A program made the translations under genes and the position numbers. Positions 10,180 through 21,564 of a stretch of 21,564 nt of DNA are shown here, in pieces. The notes under the pieces were generated by a model. That model saw nothing but the letters and a program-made list of their open reading frames with translations. It searched no databases and was not told the DNA's origin. How positions within the stretch are numbered: the stretch's first letter is position 1; every line of letters starts with the position of its first letter. This DNA comes from Tubiluchus corallicola (taxonomy: Eukaryota > Animalia > Priapulida). Where the stretch lies: positions 1 to 21,564 of the forward strand of contig JAQGDQ010001902.1 in NCBI GenBank assembly GCA_030141605.1. The letters run 5' to 3'.

Positions 10180-10687
10180 GATTAGATTAGATTAGATTAG
10201 ATTAGATTAGATTAGATTAGATTAGATTAGATTTAGATTAGATTAGATTAGATTAGATTAGATTAGATTAGATTAGATTTAGATTAGATTAGATTAGATT
10301 AGATTAGATTAGATTAGATTAGATTAGATTAGATTAGATTAGATTAGATTAGATTAGATTAGATTAGATTAGATTAGATTAGATTAGATTAGATTAGATT
10401 AGATTAGATTAGATTAGATTAGATTAGATTAAATTAGATTAGATTAGATTAGATTAGATTAGATTAGATTAGATTAGATTAGATTAGATTAGATTAGATT
10501 AGATTAGATTAGATTAGATTAGATTAGATTAGATTAGATTAGATTAGATTAGATTCGATTCGATTCGATTCGATTCGATTCGATTCGATTCGATTCGATT
10601 CGATTCGATTCGATTCGATTCGATTCGATTCGATTCGATTCGATTCGATTCGATTCGATTCGATTAGGTTAGGTTAGATTAGATTAG
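10180..10687 (+). repeat. Compound microsatellite, long (GATTA)n followed by (GATTC)n
   Basis: Direct reading; paralogous site to 5689-5909. Confidence 0.97.
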
Positions 10688-10739
10688 AAAGAACGAAAAT
10701 GCAAAAGTATAGAACGAAGAAGAATAAAATAGAATAGAT

Positions 10740-11340
10740 CAAAGTGAAATGGGGGAGGAAACGATGGAGAAAGAGAAGTGCTGAATCAGATTTTGCATCA
10801 TTTGCGTAATTAAAGTCTGTGTCCATTAATAAACGAAGCCACTCACTTTTCAGCAGTGTCATAAATCATGTTTAGATCTTATCATTACAAATACTCCAAA
10901 CTGATTTACTGGGACGTTTGTACAGACTGCGACAGCTGATACATGCAGACACTGTCCTATATTGAGCCATATGAAATTTATATGTGTATTAAGTAAAAAG
11001 GTATGTGAGGAGAGTTTAGAAGTATGAAAATGTTGATACTTCATATTTTTCCGAATCAATTATCAAGTGTCATCTGGGTGCTTTAATAACTCTCAATGTA
11101 AACCAGACATTCAAGTTAATTACAGATGCATTTACAAACTGTGTTGTGGATCTATCCCAAATCAAACAGTTATGATTCGTCCAGGAAATAATCCTTGGAT
11201 GAATCCGAACATAATAACACAAAAGCATCATTGTGGCAGGTTATATAATAAATCTAAGGAAAACTCCTAACACTCCACATTGGGATCAAAGTTGTAAGAA
11301 ATGTCAGGTCAGGATGTGGAATTAATAGACACAGAATCAT
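10740..11340 (+). mobile_element. Degenerate LINE ORF2 fragment, unit 3
   Basis: KSCLDLIITNTPN* and GSIPNQTVMIRPGNNPWMNPNI. Confidence 0.8.
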
Positions 11341-13000
11341 CTTTTTTTGGGATTTTCAAAATTTTGAATTTTTAATTTTTATACATTTTTTTCAATTTTC
11401 GCCAACACGGGGCCCTGTAGGAGAAAAAGTTTCAAACAACTTCTCCTTTGAATTCCCCAAGTGGATTCACTCTAAACAAATCATGGATCATCCTAAGAAC
11501 AGAATAAAACAGAAATTCATTTTTTTACATGAATGTGGATCAAAACTGCATATAATACAATATTTCCACGATGGTTCATCCATGATTAGCACTTTAAATA
11601 GATAATTTCAAATAAGTGAAATTAAACAAATAAAAATTACGCATTAATTGAGCACATTAAATTAAATAAACATTTTAATTAAAACCCCAAGCATCAACAA
11701 TTAGGAATTTTAAATTGTTAATAAATTTCAGAAAATAAGTCTAAATAAGAGTTATAAAGTTAAAATTCATAAAATTCATAAAGTATAATTGAAAACTGAA
11801 AAATTGAAAGATTAAAAAACAGTTAAAAATTTTTACTAAGTATAACAGAACTAGATTAGGGGTAAAACAACATTTTAGCCTAAAATACTAAGAATTAAAA
11901 GTTAAAGTACTGATAAAAGTCATACACAATTAAGAAAAATTAAATGTTTAAAATCATCATTGCTAAACAGTAATTAAGAACAAAACTACATAAAGTCAAA
12001 CTTATGGTGATTAACGATTAAAATCAGAATGATAAAATCTAAATGAAAAAATGAAACAGCAGATTAAAATATGATTTAATTTAAAATAGTATTAAGCAAT
12101 GTTTTCTTTAACTGTTAAATGATTTCCAAAATTTTCGAGCTTTGCATTTTTTATGATTTTTTCAATTTTTGCTATTTCTTCCCTTTGTTTAGTATTTGGG
12201 TCATCCGTCATAGCTGCATTTTATTATAATACAAAATGTATATGAAAGAGTTTAAGCCAACCAAATTATTAATATGTTGTCAGTAAGTCATTCATTTAAA
12301 AATAATTTGTTTTGCTCACTTAGATATTAAATAATTAAGAGGTGTATATATTTCCAAGTTTTCTGAGACCAGGCCCAGGGCTTTACATAGTCTAGGGCAT
12401 CACCAAGTTTAAATCTGGCACCAGACCTACAGTCACCTGCCTACATCATGTACTGTAGTCTGAGTAGCACGGTTAATAGAATTTAGCAATAATAATATTG
12501 TGATCTACATTAAACCATGTTTGCTAAGCCACGCCGTATGCAGCGTTCTGCTAAGGTAACACAAGCAATTTAGCATTTTTGCTGAAACTAGCAGTTAAAA
12601 TCGTAATGTGGTGAACGCTTTCACGTAAGACTTCTCTCTTGGGAGGCTGTTCCAGACAGGCGAGGTAGTTTCAGTACATTTCCTAAAAACTGTACCGGGA
12701 ATTTTGTTCAAGTTACGCGATAATCTGCATTACACGATGTTTATTAAAAGGAAAATCCATTCCACAAGATCTGTTTAAGATACACAAGAATTCGAGTTAT
12801 ACCAGTTGAAGTTATACATAGTTTACCGTTTCAGATAAACAACTGATATTTACAATGAGATATCTCATCTACTCACATATGAAACATACTCCAGTCAATT
12901 TCATCATTTAGTTTGAATTTAGCATATCCACTCTTAGCTGATAGATGATTATCATCTACAAATCCGTCAGCAATGAGTTCAGCACATAAACTATTGATTT

Positions 13001-14383
13001 TCACATAAACTTCTTGTAAGCAAGCTCGCTAATAAATGTAAACAATGCTACACCGATTCCAAATATCAACCCCCAAAAAACTACGTCAAGTTGCTCCACA
13101 TTAATTGATAATGTGCCTACATGCTGAACAGGTGAGTCTAAACATTTTTCCGAAGGCTGCAGTAACTGTTGTAGCAGTTCATCCACAAGACCGTGTTCTT
13201 TTAATGTAACAAGAGCAAAATTTAGGACATCAGTGTAGTTACTTTTTTTTGGTACAACTAATGATGATGGTGACGAAAATTTCAACAACGGGGAAACAGA
13301 AAATCTACATTTTTCATATAATTCATAATCCTTAATTAAGGAGAGCTTTGCATAAGTCTCTTCCGCGAAGAAGGTGTATTTTCCAGTAGCTGTCAGCTCT
13401 AATGCCACTGCTTCATTGTTAGCAGGTACATTAGCATCCGCTTTCATTCTCTGCCACAGTTGTCTAAATTCCGGTCTGTTTTTCATTTGCATGGTGGCGG
13501 CCAACTGACCTAGTGTAACAGGAACTATGTCGCTGTCTTTCAACTCTTGCAATATAGTGAATGGATAAACTTGCTTACTTACAAATAATTTACTAACCAG
13601 TGTGCCCGTGTACATGGCTGTGATGATGCAAGCAAAAATCCACCACCATCCGATAAGCATCCTAGCAGATAAACATTGTGGTAAATATGTTCCACCTTGT
13701 TGGAGGTACGACGATAGTGTGAACCGAGTAAAGTACGCCTTACTTTCATTCTTTATCACAGGTTTTTCCAGTTTTCTTTGGCAGTTGCTGCATTTTATAA
13801 TCTCTTCCTCGTTGTACGGCAAGTTTTTGCTGTAGTCAATATAGTAAAGTATTGTACCCACTACTATGCCATATAATACCAGAAGCAGCCACACGAGTGT
13901 GGTGAATGGGTCTATTATACTAAAACCTTGTAACTGATGTCTTTTTGTGATAAATACATGAGAACTATAAACAAGTGGGTGAAGAAACGTCATACTTTTT
14001 GCTCTTTCTGGTATCATTGTGACTAATCCCAAAAGCAAGTCGAATTCTCCTGTATCAATTATATTTTTGGCAGTTTCCAAATGTTTGATGTATGTGACCT
14101 TGTACGTGAAGTTTGCTGCTTGGCTGAGCATCGGAAGCAGGTGATCTAGATATGGCTTCGTCGGATCATCTCTCCATGTTCCCACTCGAAGCAACTCTCC
14201 GTGGAGTGAATAACCCTGTGTTTTGAAGTTTTTACTATAAAACGCATTTAAATTGTACTGGTTATACAAGCTGTTACAATTTTCAGTCCTTGTTTTAGTT
14301 TTACACGACATTCCTGCGGTCCAAAAACATTCAAGGAAATAAAAAACAATTGCACAAGTTTTGAGAAATGATGCAAGCGACAT
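13001..14383 (-). CDS. Variant IR-like ionotropic receptor, copy 3, 460 aa
   Basis: Same motifs; ATG at 14383; most divergent S2 lobe of the three. Confidence 0.95.
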   Translation of the reverse strand: MSLASFLKTCAIVFYFLECFWTAGMSCKTKTRTENCNSLYNQYNLNAFYSKNFKTQGYSLHGELLRVGTWRDDPTKPYLDHLLPMLSQAANFTYKVTYIKHLETAKNIIDTGEFDLLLGLVTMIPERAKSMTFLHPLVYSSHVFITKRHQLQGFSIIDPFTTLVWLLLVLYGIVVGTILYYIDYSKNLPYNEEEIIKCSNCQRKLEKPVIKNESKAYFTRFTLSSYLQQGGTYLPQCLSARMLIGWWWIFACIITAMYTGTLVSKLFVSKQVYPFTILQELKDSDIVPVTLGQLAATMQMKNRPEFRQLWQRMKADANVPANNEAVALELTATGKYTFFAEETYAKLSLIKDYELYEKCRFSVSPLLKFSSPSSLVVPKKSNYTDVLNFALVTLKEHGLVDELLQQLLQPSEKCLDSPVQHVGTLSINVEQLDVVFWGLIFGIGVALFTFISELAYKKFM

Positions 14384-14487
14384 TTTTGCTCTGGAAGTTT
14401 GAATAATAAACTTTAGCTGATTCACATTATACAGTCATAATATGCCTATCCCGGGAGGATGACGATGAAAATGTTTTCAGCTGACCA

Positions 14488-14495
14488 CTTTTATA
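14488..14495 (-). promoter_or_regulatory. TATA box of receptor copy 3
   Basis: TATAAAAG at the equivalent position. Confidence 0.7.
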
Positions 14496-14765
14496 CCACA
14501 ATGCCAATGTGTTACATGTACTTTGTCATATATTTGTATTAATCATAATAGTGTGTGCACTAATTCACCGGGTGTGAATCTACATGTTAGTTTTGTCTGC
14601 CACACCTTTCTGGTGTTTAATTAGGCTTCTCGTCCTGTTGCCACCTGTGTTAATATTACCGCCTAGCTAATGTTACCTCAACACCTAAAATAATAACATA
14701 TTGAAAAGCAGAATTCTGCAGAACTTACACTTTCGAAAACGTTATTGGCTATGCATTCGTTTGCT

Positions 14766-15085
14766 AGGTAGGTAAGTAAGTAAGTAAGAAAGTGAGTTAG
14801 CAAGTAAGTGGGTGAGTGAATGAATGAGTAAGTGAGTGAGTGAGTGAGTGAGTGAGTGAGTGAGTGAGTGAGTGAGTGAGTGAGTGAGCGAACAAGCCAG
14901 TAAGTGAGTGAGCGAGCGAGCAAGCCAGTGAGTGAGTGAGTGAGCGAGCAAGCGAGTGAGTGAGTGGGTTTGGTTTTTGGATGGATGGTTTGGATGGGTA
15001 AGTGGTTGGTTAGTTAGGTAGGTAGGTAGGTAGGCAGGTAGATATGTAGGTAGCTAGGTAGGTAGGTAGGTACATAGGTACGTAC
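14766..15085 (+). repeat. Compound tetranucleotide microsatellite (GTAA/GTGA/GCGA/GGAT/GGTA)
   Basis: Direct reading; starts where the triplication homology ends. Confidence 0.93.
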
Positions 15086-15185
15086 AGAGAATAATTGAGA
15101 AAAACTCTCTAGTCTGAACGCTCCTTTAGCCTTTTACACGTGTAATTTTTGTCCTCTTAACTTTACATAGGTGCCAGTATAGCAA

Positions 15186-16410
15186 ACTGAACCACAAACT
15201 AATGACTTTTGTTTTTGTTTACTGAACCACAAACTAGTGATTTTTGTTTTTGTTTACTGAACCACAAACTAGTGATTTTTGTTTTTGTTTACTGAACCAC
15301 AAACTAATGACTTTTGTTTTTGTTTACTGAACCACAAACTAGTGATTTTTGTTTTTGTTTACTGAACCACAAACTAGTGATTTTTGTTTTTGTTTACTGA
15401 ACCACAAACTAGTGATTTTTGTTTTTGTTTACTGAACCACAAACTAATGACTTTTGTTTTTGTTTACTGAACCACAAACTAGTGACTTTTGTTTTTGTTT
15501 ACTGAACCACAAACTAGTGATTTTTGTTTTTGTTTACTGAACCACAAACTAGTGATTTTTGTTTTTGTTTACTGAACCACAAACTAGTGATTTTTGTTTT
15601 TGTTTACTGAACCACAAACTAATGACTTTTGTTTTTGTTTACTGAACCACAAACTAGTGATTTTTGTTTTTGTTTACTGAACCACAAACTAATGACTTTT
15701 GTTTTTGTTTACTGAACCACAAACTAGTGATTTTTGTTTTTGTTTACTGAACCACAAACTAGTGATTTTTGTTTTTGTTTACTGAACCACAAACTAGTGA
15801 TTTTTGTTTTTGTTTACTGAACCACAAACTAGTGACTTTTGTTTTTGTTTACTGAACCACAAACTAGTGATTTTTGTTTTTGTTTACTGAACCACAAACT
15901 AGTGACTTTTGTTTTTGTTTACTGAACCACAAACTAGTGATTTTTGTTTTTGTTTACTGAACCACAAACTAATGACTTTTGTTTTTGTTTACTGAACCAC
16001 AAACTAGTGACTTTTGTTTTTGTTTACTGAACCACAAACTAGTGACTTTTGTTTTTGTTTACTGAACCACAAACTAGTGATTTTTGTTTTTGTTTACTGA
16101 ACCACAAACTAGTGATTTTTGTTTTTGTTTACTGAACCACAAACTAGTGACTTTTGTTTTTGTTTACTGAACCACAAACTAGTGACTTTTGTTTTTGTTT
16201 ACTGAACCACAAACTAGTGACTTTTGTTTCTGTTTACTGAACCACAAACTAGTGATTTTTGTTTTTGTTTACTGAACCACAAACTAGTGACTTTTGTTTT
16301 TGTTTACTGAACCACAAACTAATGACTTTTGTTTTTGTTTACTGAACCACAAACTAGTGACTTTTGTTTTTGTTTACTGAACCACCAACTAGTGATTTTT
16401 GTTTTTGTTT
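15186..16410 (+). repeat. Minisatellite, 35 copies of 35-bp ACTGAACCACAAACTARTGAYTTTTGTTTTTGTTT
   Basis: Exact 35-bp period from 15186 to 16410; only two commonly variable positions. Confidence 0.97.
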
Positions 16411-16419
16411 ACTTTTAAG

Positions 16420-16518
16420 GCCCCGTAGTTGCGGGCGTTGTTGGAGTGAAAATGCCTCGCTACTGTCTGATTGGAGAAACAGTGAGCACTGCTCACACGA
16501 TGGAGCAAACTGGCGAAG
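16420..16518 (+). CDS. Guanylyl cyclase catalytic-domain exon (99 nt): [33 protein letters not shown]
   Basis: Matches the GC signature [30 protein letters not shown]. Flanked by ttttaAG and GTaatt; phase 1 at both ends. Confidence 0.95.
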
Positions 16519-16625
16519 GTAATTGTCTTGTTAGAACTTGTTTTAAAATACAATATCTATAAGTGCTGCCATCTATCTGAGGAACAAAGATACTTAACGG
16601 TTGGTGCAATTAAATCGGAAATTAA

Positions 16626-17907
16626 AGGACAAGAAAATGTGTACTTGTTTTCAGAAAAATCGCCTTAAAAATTATACCACTTTACAGCAATTTACAGCGT
16701 ATATCTTACTCGCATGTAAAGGAATTTTTGTTTGTTTTCATTTTAAATCTCCCGCAATACTGTTCCGACCGCGCCATTACATGACGTCATACGTAAATCA
16801 GGAGAAAAAAAGGAAATGTTAAATTATGTCCCAAAAAACTTTCCATGCAAATTTGTCTTATTTGGCATTTCACTTACCTGCTTGAAAGACTTATGTAACT
16901 AAAAAGAAAATTATTAATTATTTAAAATGTTTTCATCAATTGGTAAAATATCGCTGACTCACCCTCCAAGGTGCACCACCCACTAACCAAAAAACGTATT
17001 TTTAATCTTACAAGATACAGTAATTAAAATTTTACTCAGTTTGTGACTTGTGCGCTACGAATGCTCTGATTATTTTTTCAAACTTTACTCAATGTTATCT
17101 AAACTTGTTTCAAATGACCTGTCGTTAAAATGGCTGCGCCTAACGGTCGTCGCTGGAGTTTAAGTTTACATGTTTTATACAGTGTTACTGCAGATGCAAG
17201 CCCTATATGCAAAAAGACAGTATGTAAGTGGTATAAAATTTCAAGACGAATTTTTCAAGCTTTATGTAAGTGGAGGGTTTTCTTGTGCTTTACCTATTAT
17301 ATAAGTTAATATCACAGTTAGTATTAATTATTATTTATTAATTATTTATAAAGACTTCCTTTTTTGTCCCTCTCCTTGAAATAAAATTACTTGCATTTGT
17401 GTAACAATTTTTGGGAATAATTCCACATTTTGGATGTAGTAATTACTAAAATCACTTTAAAAGTCGTGATTATTTGACGGTTGGCTAGGGCGCTTCTATT
17501 TTGAACGCTCATTCTTCCACCAATGACGTCATTCATCTACCAATGAAAACCAGCGCACGGTCAATCTCTTCTAAAAGTATAAGTTATGATAAAATATAGT
17601 ATAGCTAATTTTGCGATATTTTTTGCATGAACATTAGCAAGCTGCAGAAGTTTGAATAACTTTTATAGAAGCGCTCGTTTACGGGAAACACGACGCACTT
17701 AGGAAACGTCACGAAATCCACCAGTTACGTCATAATTTTCAAGTTAACAGCGGCTATCATCACGCCTAAAAATTTCCATGCAGCAATAGTGTAAATTAAG
17801 TACATGCTTTACATGCAGTTTTTCCCCGGATTTCTTCGCTATGTTTTTCTAAATTTAAGTGATAACAGTAAAATAAACTGGACATGTTAAGTGACTTGTC
17901 TTTTCCT
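16626..17907. mobile_element. Possible non-autonomous DNA transposon(s), Kolobok-like or MITE
   Basis: TTAA|AGGACAAGAAAA ... TTGTCTTTTCCT|TTAA gives imperfect terminal inverted repeats with TTAA flanks. An internal imperfect inverted pair lies at ~16650-16715 and ~17200-17260. Confidence 0.35.
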
Positions 17908-18701
17908 TTAAAATGAGAGAATGTTAAAGCAAAACCAGACCAAATCCTAAAAACAGGTCAAAACAATCTATTCTTTAAAATATTGAAAGGTAACATACTA
18001 TTTTTTTTCCAAGAATGACTTACATGAAAGTATTATTACCACACAAACACAATTTCACGTTCGCGCCACTAGTTTTTCGCTGTTATATGCGTTTCGCTAT
18101 TCGATGGTTAGACGGGCACTAGCGCCTGCATTTCGAAAAAGCACTGCACAAAAACAGGTGCTGTACTTCTCAGCTCAGATGTGTTAGTTTGTGACGAACT
18201 ACAGACGTTGGACAGCTCATGCGGTAAATTTGAAATTTAAATTTTTATCTTAGAACTTGCCGAGTTTTAGCTACAACACACTGAATATCTTACAGTAGCA
18301 CTGTACTTCAATTTTCGCTTTCACAAACATGGGCAACACGCTCGTGGAATATTTTTGCTGTAGAAAATTATGTTAGTTTGTGATGTCATCAATATTTGGG
18401 CTCGACCTCCGTTAATTAAGTTCTTAATCTATTATTTAATTATCAGAAACGCTTTTGCAGTAGTAATTGTGTTAAAATGTATACTTTTTATCGGATTTGA
18501 ACATGTGGTAGTATATGAAAAATCATCCTGTCTTCTTTTAAGTTCATCAATTTCACAGTAAGCACAATTATCACAATGCAAGAACAATTTTGCGTCTAAA
18601 AACCTTCTAAAAGGTTATGCTATGATTAAATTTTGTTTATGCTGTAGTTGCCGTGTTCTTGTTGCTATGTCATCATTTAATCATTTTGTTTATTTGTGAA
18701 G

Positions 18702-18793
18702 CCATGAAAATCCACGTAAGTGTCGCCACCTACAGGAAGCTAAATCGAACAAAGCTCTACGTTTTCGAGCATCACGGCGACGTTCAGTTGAAG
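18702..18793 (+). CDS. Guanylyl cyclase exon (92 nt): AMKIHVSVATYRKLNRTKLYVFEHHGDVQLK
   Basis: KIHVS..T...L and G.V.LK motifs; AG/GT boundaries; phase 1 to phase 0, in frame with both neighbours. Confidence 0.92.
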
Positions 18794-18962
18794 GTTGGTC
18801 TGTTTCATGTCTAATTCATAATGTTTGGCTTTTATGTGGTAATAGATGGAGCCACTAGTTTATGGTCTACCATACAGGCCTCTCATAACAAAGTGTTTAC
18901 AATACCCGAACTGCAAGTAATTTTCAAGAATGTAGTATTGAGCAAGAACAAATTTAAAAAGT

Positions 18963-19010
18963 GACTTCCTTCCCCCTCTGTCGCTTTCTCGCTCTCGCTC
19001 TCTCTTTCCC

Positions 19011-19044
<34 letters not shown>

Positions 19045-19089
19045 CCTCTCTCTCTCTCTCTCCTCCCTCTTTCTCTCTCTCTCTGCTCC

Positions 19090-19123
<34 letters not shown>
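18963..19123 (+). repeat. (CT)n-rich microsatellite
   Basis: Direct reading. Confidence 0.95.
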
Positions 19124-19128
<5 letters not shown>

Positions 19129-19134
19129 CACCAC

Positions 19135-19385
19135 CTAAGTACTAAGCAGCTAAGATCGTTTGAGATAAAGGACATAAATTTTTGTGTAAAAACATGGACG
19201 CCTGGTAGGGTTGAATTGCTGTAATTGTTGATGAACGTCGTCTGCATACATTAAGTGATTCACGATCACGTTAGTAATATTATAACCAAGCTGTACGCGT
19301 GATGATTTAATTCTTACCGCTCTGAATATAGAAATTAAAAAGAATGGGTGATATTTTGCTTCCTTGGTGTACACCATATCCTGTG
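19135..19385 (-). mobile_element. LINE reverse transcriptase fragment (pseudogenised)
   Basis: GVHQGSKISPILFNFYI and, after a frameshift, VNHLMYADDV; these are the QG..LSP.LF and YADD RT motifs. Confidence 0.9.
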
Positions 19386-19422
19386 GATAGATGGATTGAT
19401 TGACGGACGGATGGAGGGATAA

Positions 19423-19652
<230 letters not shown>

Positions 19653-19850
19653 AAAGTAACAAACACTTTTAAAACCGTTCAAAAGATGTAAACGTTAATA
19701 AGCATTTATATTTTAACAGGCATAGCCAAGTGATTTTGTTTCTTTATGCTTTTAACCGTAATCTTTTAACAAGACATTTTTATCTGTAAATGGTAAACCG
19801 ATCTCCCACCTTCTACTGTTACAGTGTTATTAACTACTGTTTTGTTTTAG

Positions 19851-19949
19851 GGTGGTGATACAATTCAAGCATTCTGGTTGGTCAAACGAAGATTTCCAGT
19901 CGGAGTTCGCATTCGCAGAGATGAAAAGCTAGACACACAGGAGTATTAA
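19851..19949 (+). CDS. Terminal coding exon of guanylyl cyclase: GGDTIQAFWLVKRRFPVGVRIRRDEKLDTQEY*
   Basis: Strong acceptor gttttgttttAG, phase 0. GGDTIQAFWL aligns to the canonical GKG.M.TYWL. Stop TAA at 19947-19949. Confidence 0.85.
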   Translation, partial: GGDTIQAFWLVKRRFPVGVRIRRDEKLDTQEY

Positions 19950-20400
19950 TGTCTTTTCACGATTTCGTTGTGCGCACGCGCAGTTGCTGCAGGTCAAACG
20001 TTAAGTGTACCGCAGCAACGCGTTTTAACTACCACGTGACGTGTGGGTAAAGCAAACCCTTCTGCCACAACAGTTCAGTAACTTCAGTTGTTTTACGTGG
20101 ACTTAATTATGCGCTAGTCTTGTATCGAGTGATTTACTAGCAGGATCTTGCTTGGGAACAAGAAAAAATGAACTAGGTAATGTTCTAGCTAGCTGTTAAA
20201 ACTGTTACCATTGCAATAGCTTGGACTGCAATGCGTTGTCAAGTGAACACAAACGTGTTGCCTGGTGCACTTAACCTTTGACCTTTTCATGATCATCATC
20301 ATCAATCGCTGGTATGTAGAACAGGACAAAAGGTGGCAGTTTATAATTAAAAACACCAAAACTTTATGAAAAAGTTTTACTTTACATAGTTAAAATCATG

Positions 20401-20439
20401 CCAAACGTTTCGACAGACTGCTGCTGTCATCATCAGTGG
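20401..20439 (-). ncRNA. Minimal type I hammerhead ribozyme motif (PLE-associated)
   Basis: CCA-CTGATGA-T-GACAG(cagcagt)CTGTC-GAAA-CG-TT-TGG: intact core boxes, 5-bp stem II and a palindromic AACGTT stem III. Confidence 0.75.
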
Positions 20440-20480
20440 TAAATTTACAAACATACAACCAGTTTATGTACGCAGAGCCT

Positions 20481-21125
20481 ATTATGCACTAATTAAGTAG
20501 TTAACAGAAGCCAAATAGGTGGTGAATAAACAGACCAGTAAAAAATTTGATACAGTAAATTATGCACTAATTATGTATTTACAAAAAGCCAAATAAGTAA
20601 TGAATAAGCAGACCTGTAGAAAAGAAATTGACACAGTAAATTATGCACTAATTGTGTATTTACAAAAAGCCAAATAGGTAATGATTAAGCAGACCAGTAG
20701 AAAAGAAATTGATACAGTAAATTATGCACTAATTGTGTATTTACAAAAAGCCAAATAAGTAATGAATAAGCAGACCTGTAGAAAAGAAATTGATACAGTA
20801 AATTATGCACTAATTGTGTATTTACAAAAAGCCAAATAAGTAATGATTAAGCAGACCAGTAGAAAAGAAATTGATACAGTAAATTATGCACTAATTGTGT
20901 ATTTACAAAAAGCCAAATAGGTAATGATTAAGCAGACCAGTAGAAAAGAAATTGATACAGTAAATTATGCACTAATTGTGTATTTACAAAAAGCCAAATA
21001 GGTAATGATTAAGCAGACCAGTAGAAAAGAAATTGATACAGTAAATTATGCACTAATTATGTATTTACAAAAAGCCAAATAGGTAATGAATAAGCAGACC
21101 AGTAGAAAAGAAATTGATACAGTAA
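20481..21125. repeat. 81-bp tandem repeat, about 8 copies, inside the PLE 3' region
   Basis: TTATGCACTAATT recurs at 20482, 20560, 20641, 20722, 20803, 20884, 20965 and 21046. Confidence 0.95.
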
Positions 21126-21338
21126 CAAATAGCTAAGTGTTTGAAAATAAAGTTAAAGGAATTGAACTGCTTTGTACATTAAGAGAAGACTTATTAGGGT
21201 ACATAGATGAACTTTCTTTTATTAATAAGTCCCAGTTATTTGTAGCTCTGGTCACAATGTTGAAATTATTAAAATCAGCTTTGTGGCCAGAGGCACAAAT
21301 ATGGTCATTAATGCTGGATTTGTATGTTGGTAAATTTA

Positions 21339-21376
21339 CCACTGATAATGACAGCAGTACCTGTCGAAACGTTTGG
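21339..21376 (+). ncRNA. Second, inverted hammerhead motif with mutated core (CTGATAA)
   Basis: CCA-CTGATAA-T-GACAG(cagtac)CTGTC-GAAA-CG-TT-TGG; the G8 equivalent is changed to A. Confidence 0.6.
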
Positions 21377-21564
21377 CATGATTTTAATTTAAATAAAAGT
21401 TTAAATAAAGTTGTTTTGTTTTAACTATAAATGTTTTTAAGTGCCTGTAATAAAAAGTTGAGATGAAATTTTGTTTGTTATATGAGCAAACTGCACTGAG
21501 ACAGAGAATAATTTTCACAGCAAAGCGGGTTCGATTCCTGTCGCTTGCTTTCTTTTAGTGCTTT

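Larger units (their letters stand above)
1752..14770. repeat. Tandem segmental triplication: unit 1 ~1752-5517 (left-truncated), unit 2 5518-10007, unit 3 10008-14770
   Basis: Colinear high similarity over gene and intergenic DNA. Homology ends at ...TTGCTAGGTA (5517, 10007, 14770). Confidence 0.95.
20340..21432 (-). mobile_element. 5'-truncated Penelope-like retroelement: GIY-YIG C-terminal fragment, 3' UTR and inverted pseudo-LTR copies at both ends
   Basis: 21133-21318 (-) encodes SSINDHICASGHKADFNNFNIV...DLLIKES....SLNVQSSSIPLTLF, typical of the PLE endonuclease end. 20340-20458 and 21319-21432 are imperfect inverted copies. Confidence 0.85.

Noticed and set aside
14678-14951. THSL-repeat ORFs
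   Set aside because: Translation of a (TCAC)n microsatellite.
15186-16410. CRISPR-like appearance of the 35-bp repeats
   Set aside because: Head-to-tail units with no unique spacers, no cas genes and a eukaryotic intron context.
21528-21538. GGTTCGATTCC B-box suggesting a tRNA or SINE
   Set aside because: No convincing A-box or cloverleaf, and it is at the window edge.

Overview
AT-rich animal (probably invertebrate) genomic DNA. (1) A tandem triplication (units of about 4.5-4.8 kb, ~1752-14770) carries three intact, intronless, 460-aa minus-strand genes of the ionotropic glutamate receptor superfamily. They lack an amino-terminal domain and resemble divergent variant ionotropic receptors (IRs). 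Their S1 lobe is unusually compact, and many differences between copies fall at predicted ligand-pocket positions. (2) Three short plus-strand exons missed by the ORF track (16420-16518, 18702-18793, 19851-19949) splice in frame into the C-terminus of a receptor-type guanylyl cyclase. This cyclase has lost the catalytic Asn and Arg. I see no preceding exon in the window, so the IR array may be nested antisense in its intron. (3) Repeats include a large inverted repeat at the window start, a 35 x 35-bp minisatellite abutting a splice acceptor, LINE relics, compound microsatellites, and a Penelope-like retroelement fragment with two inverted hammerhead-ribozyme motifs. Most other ORFs in the track are repeat artefacts.
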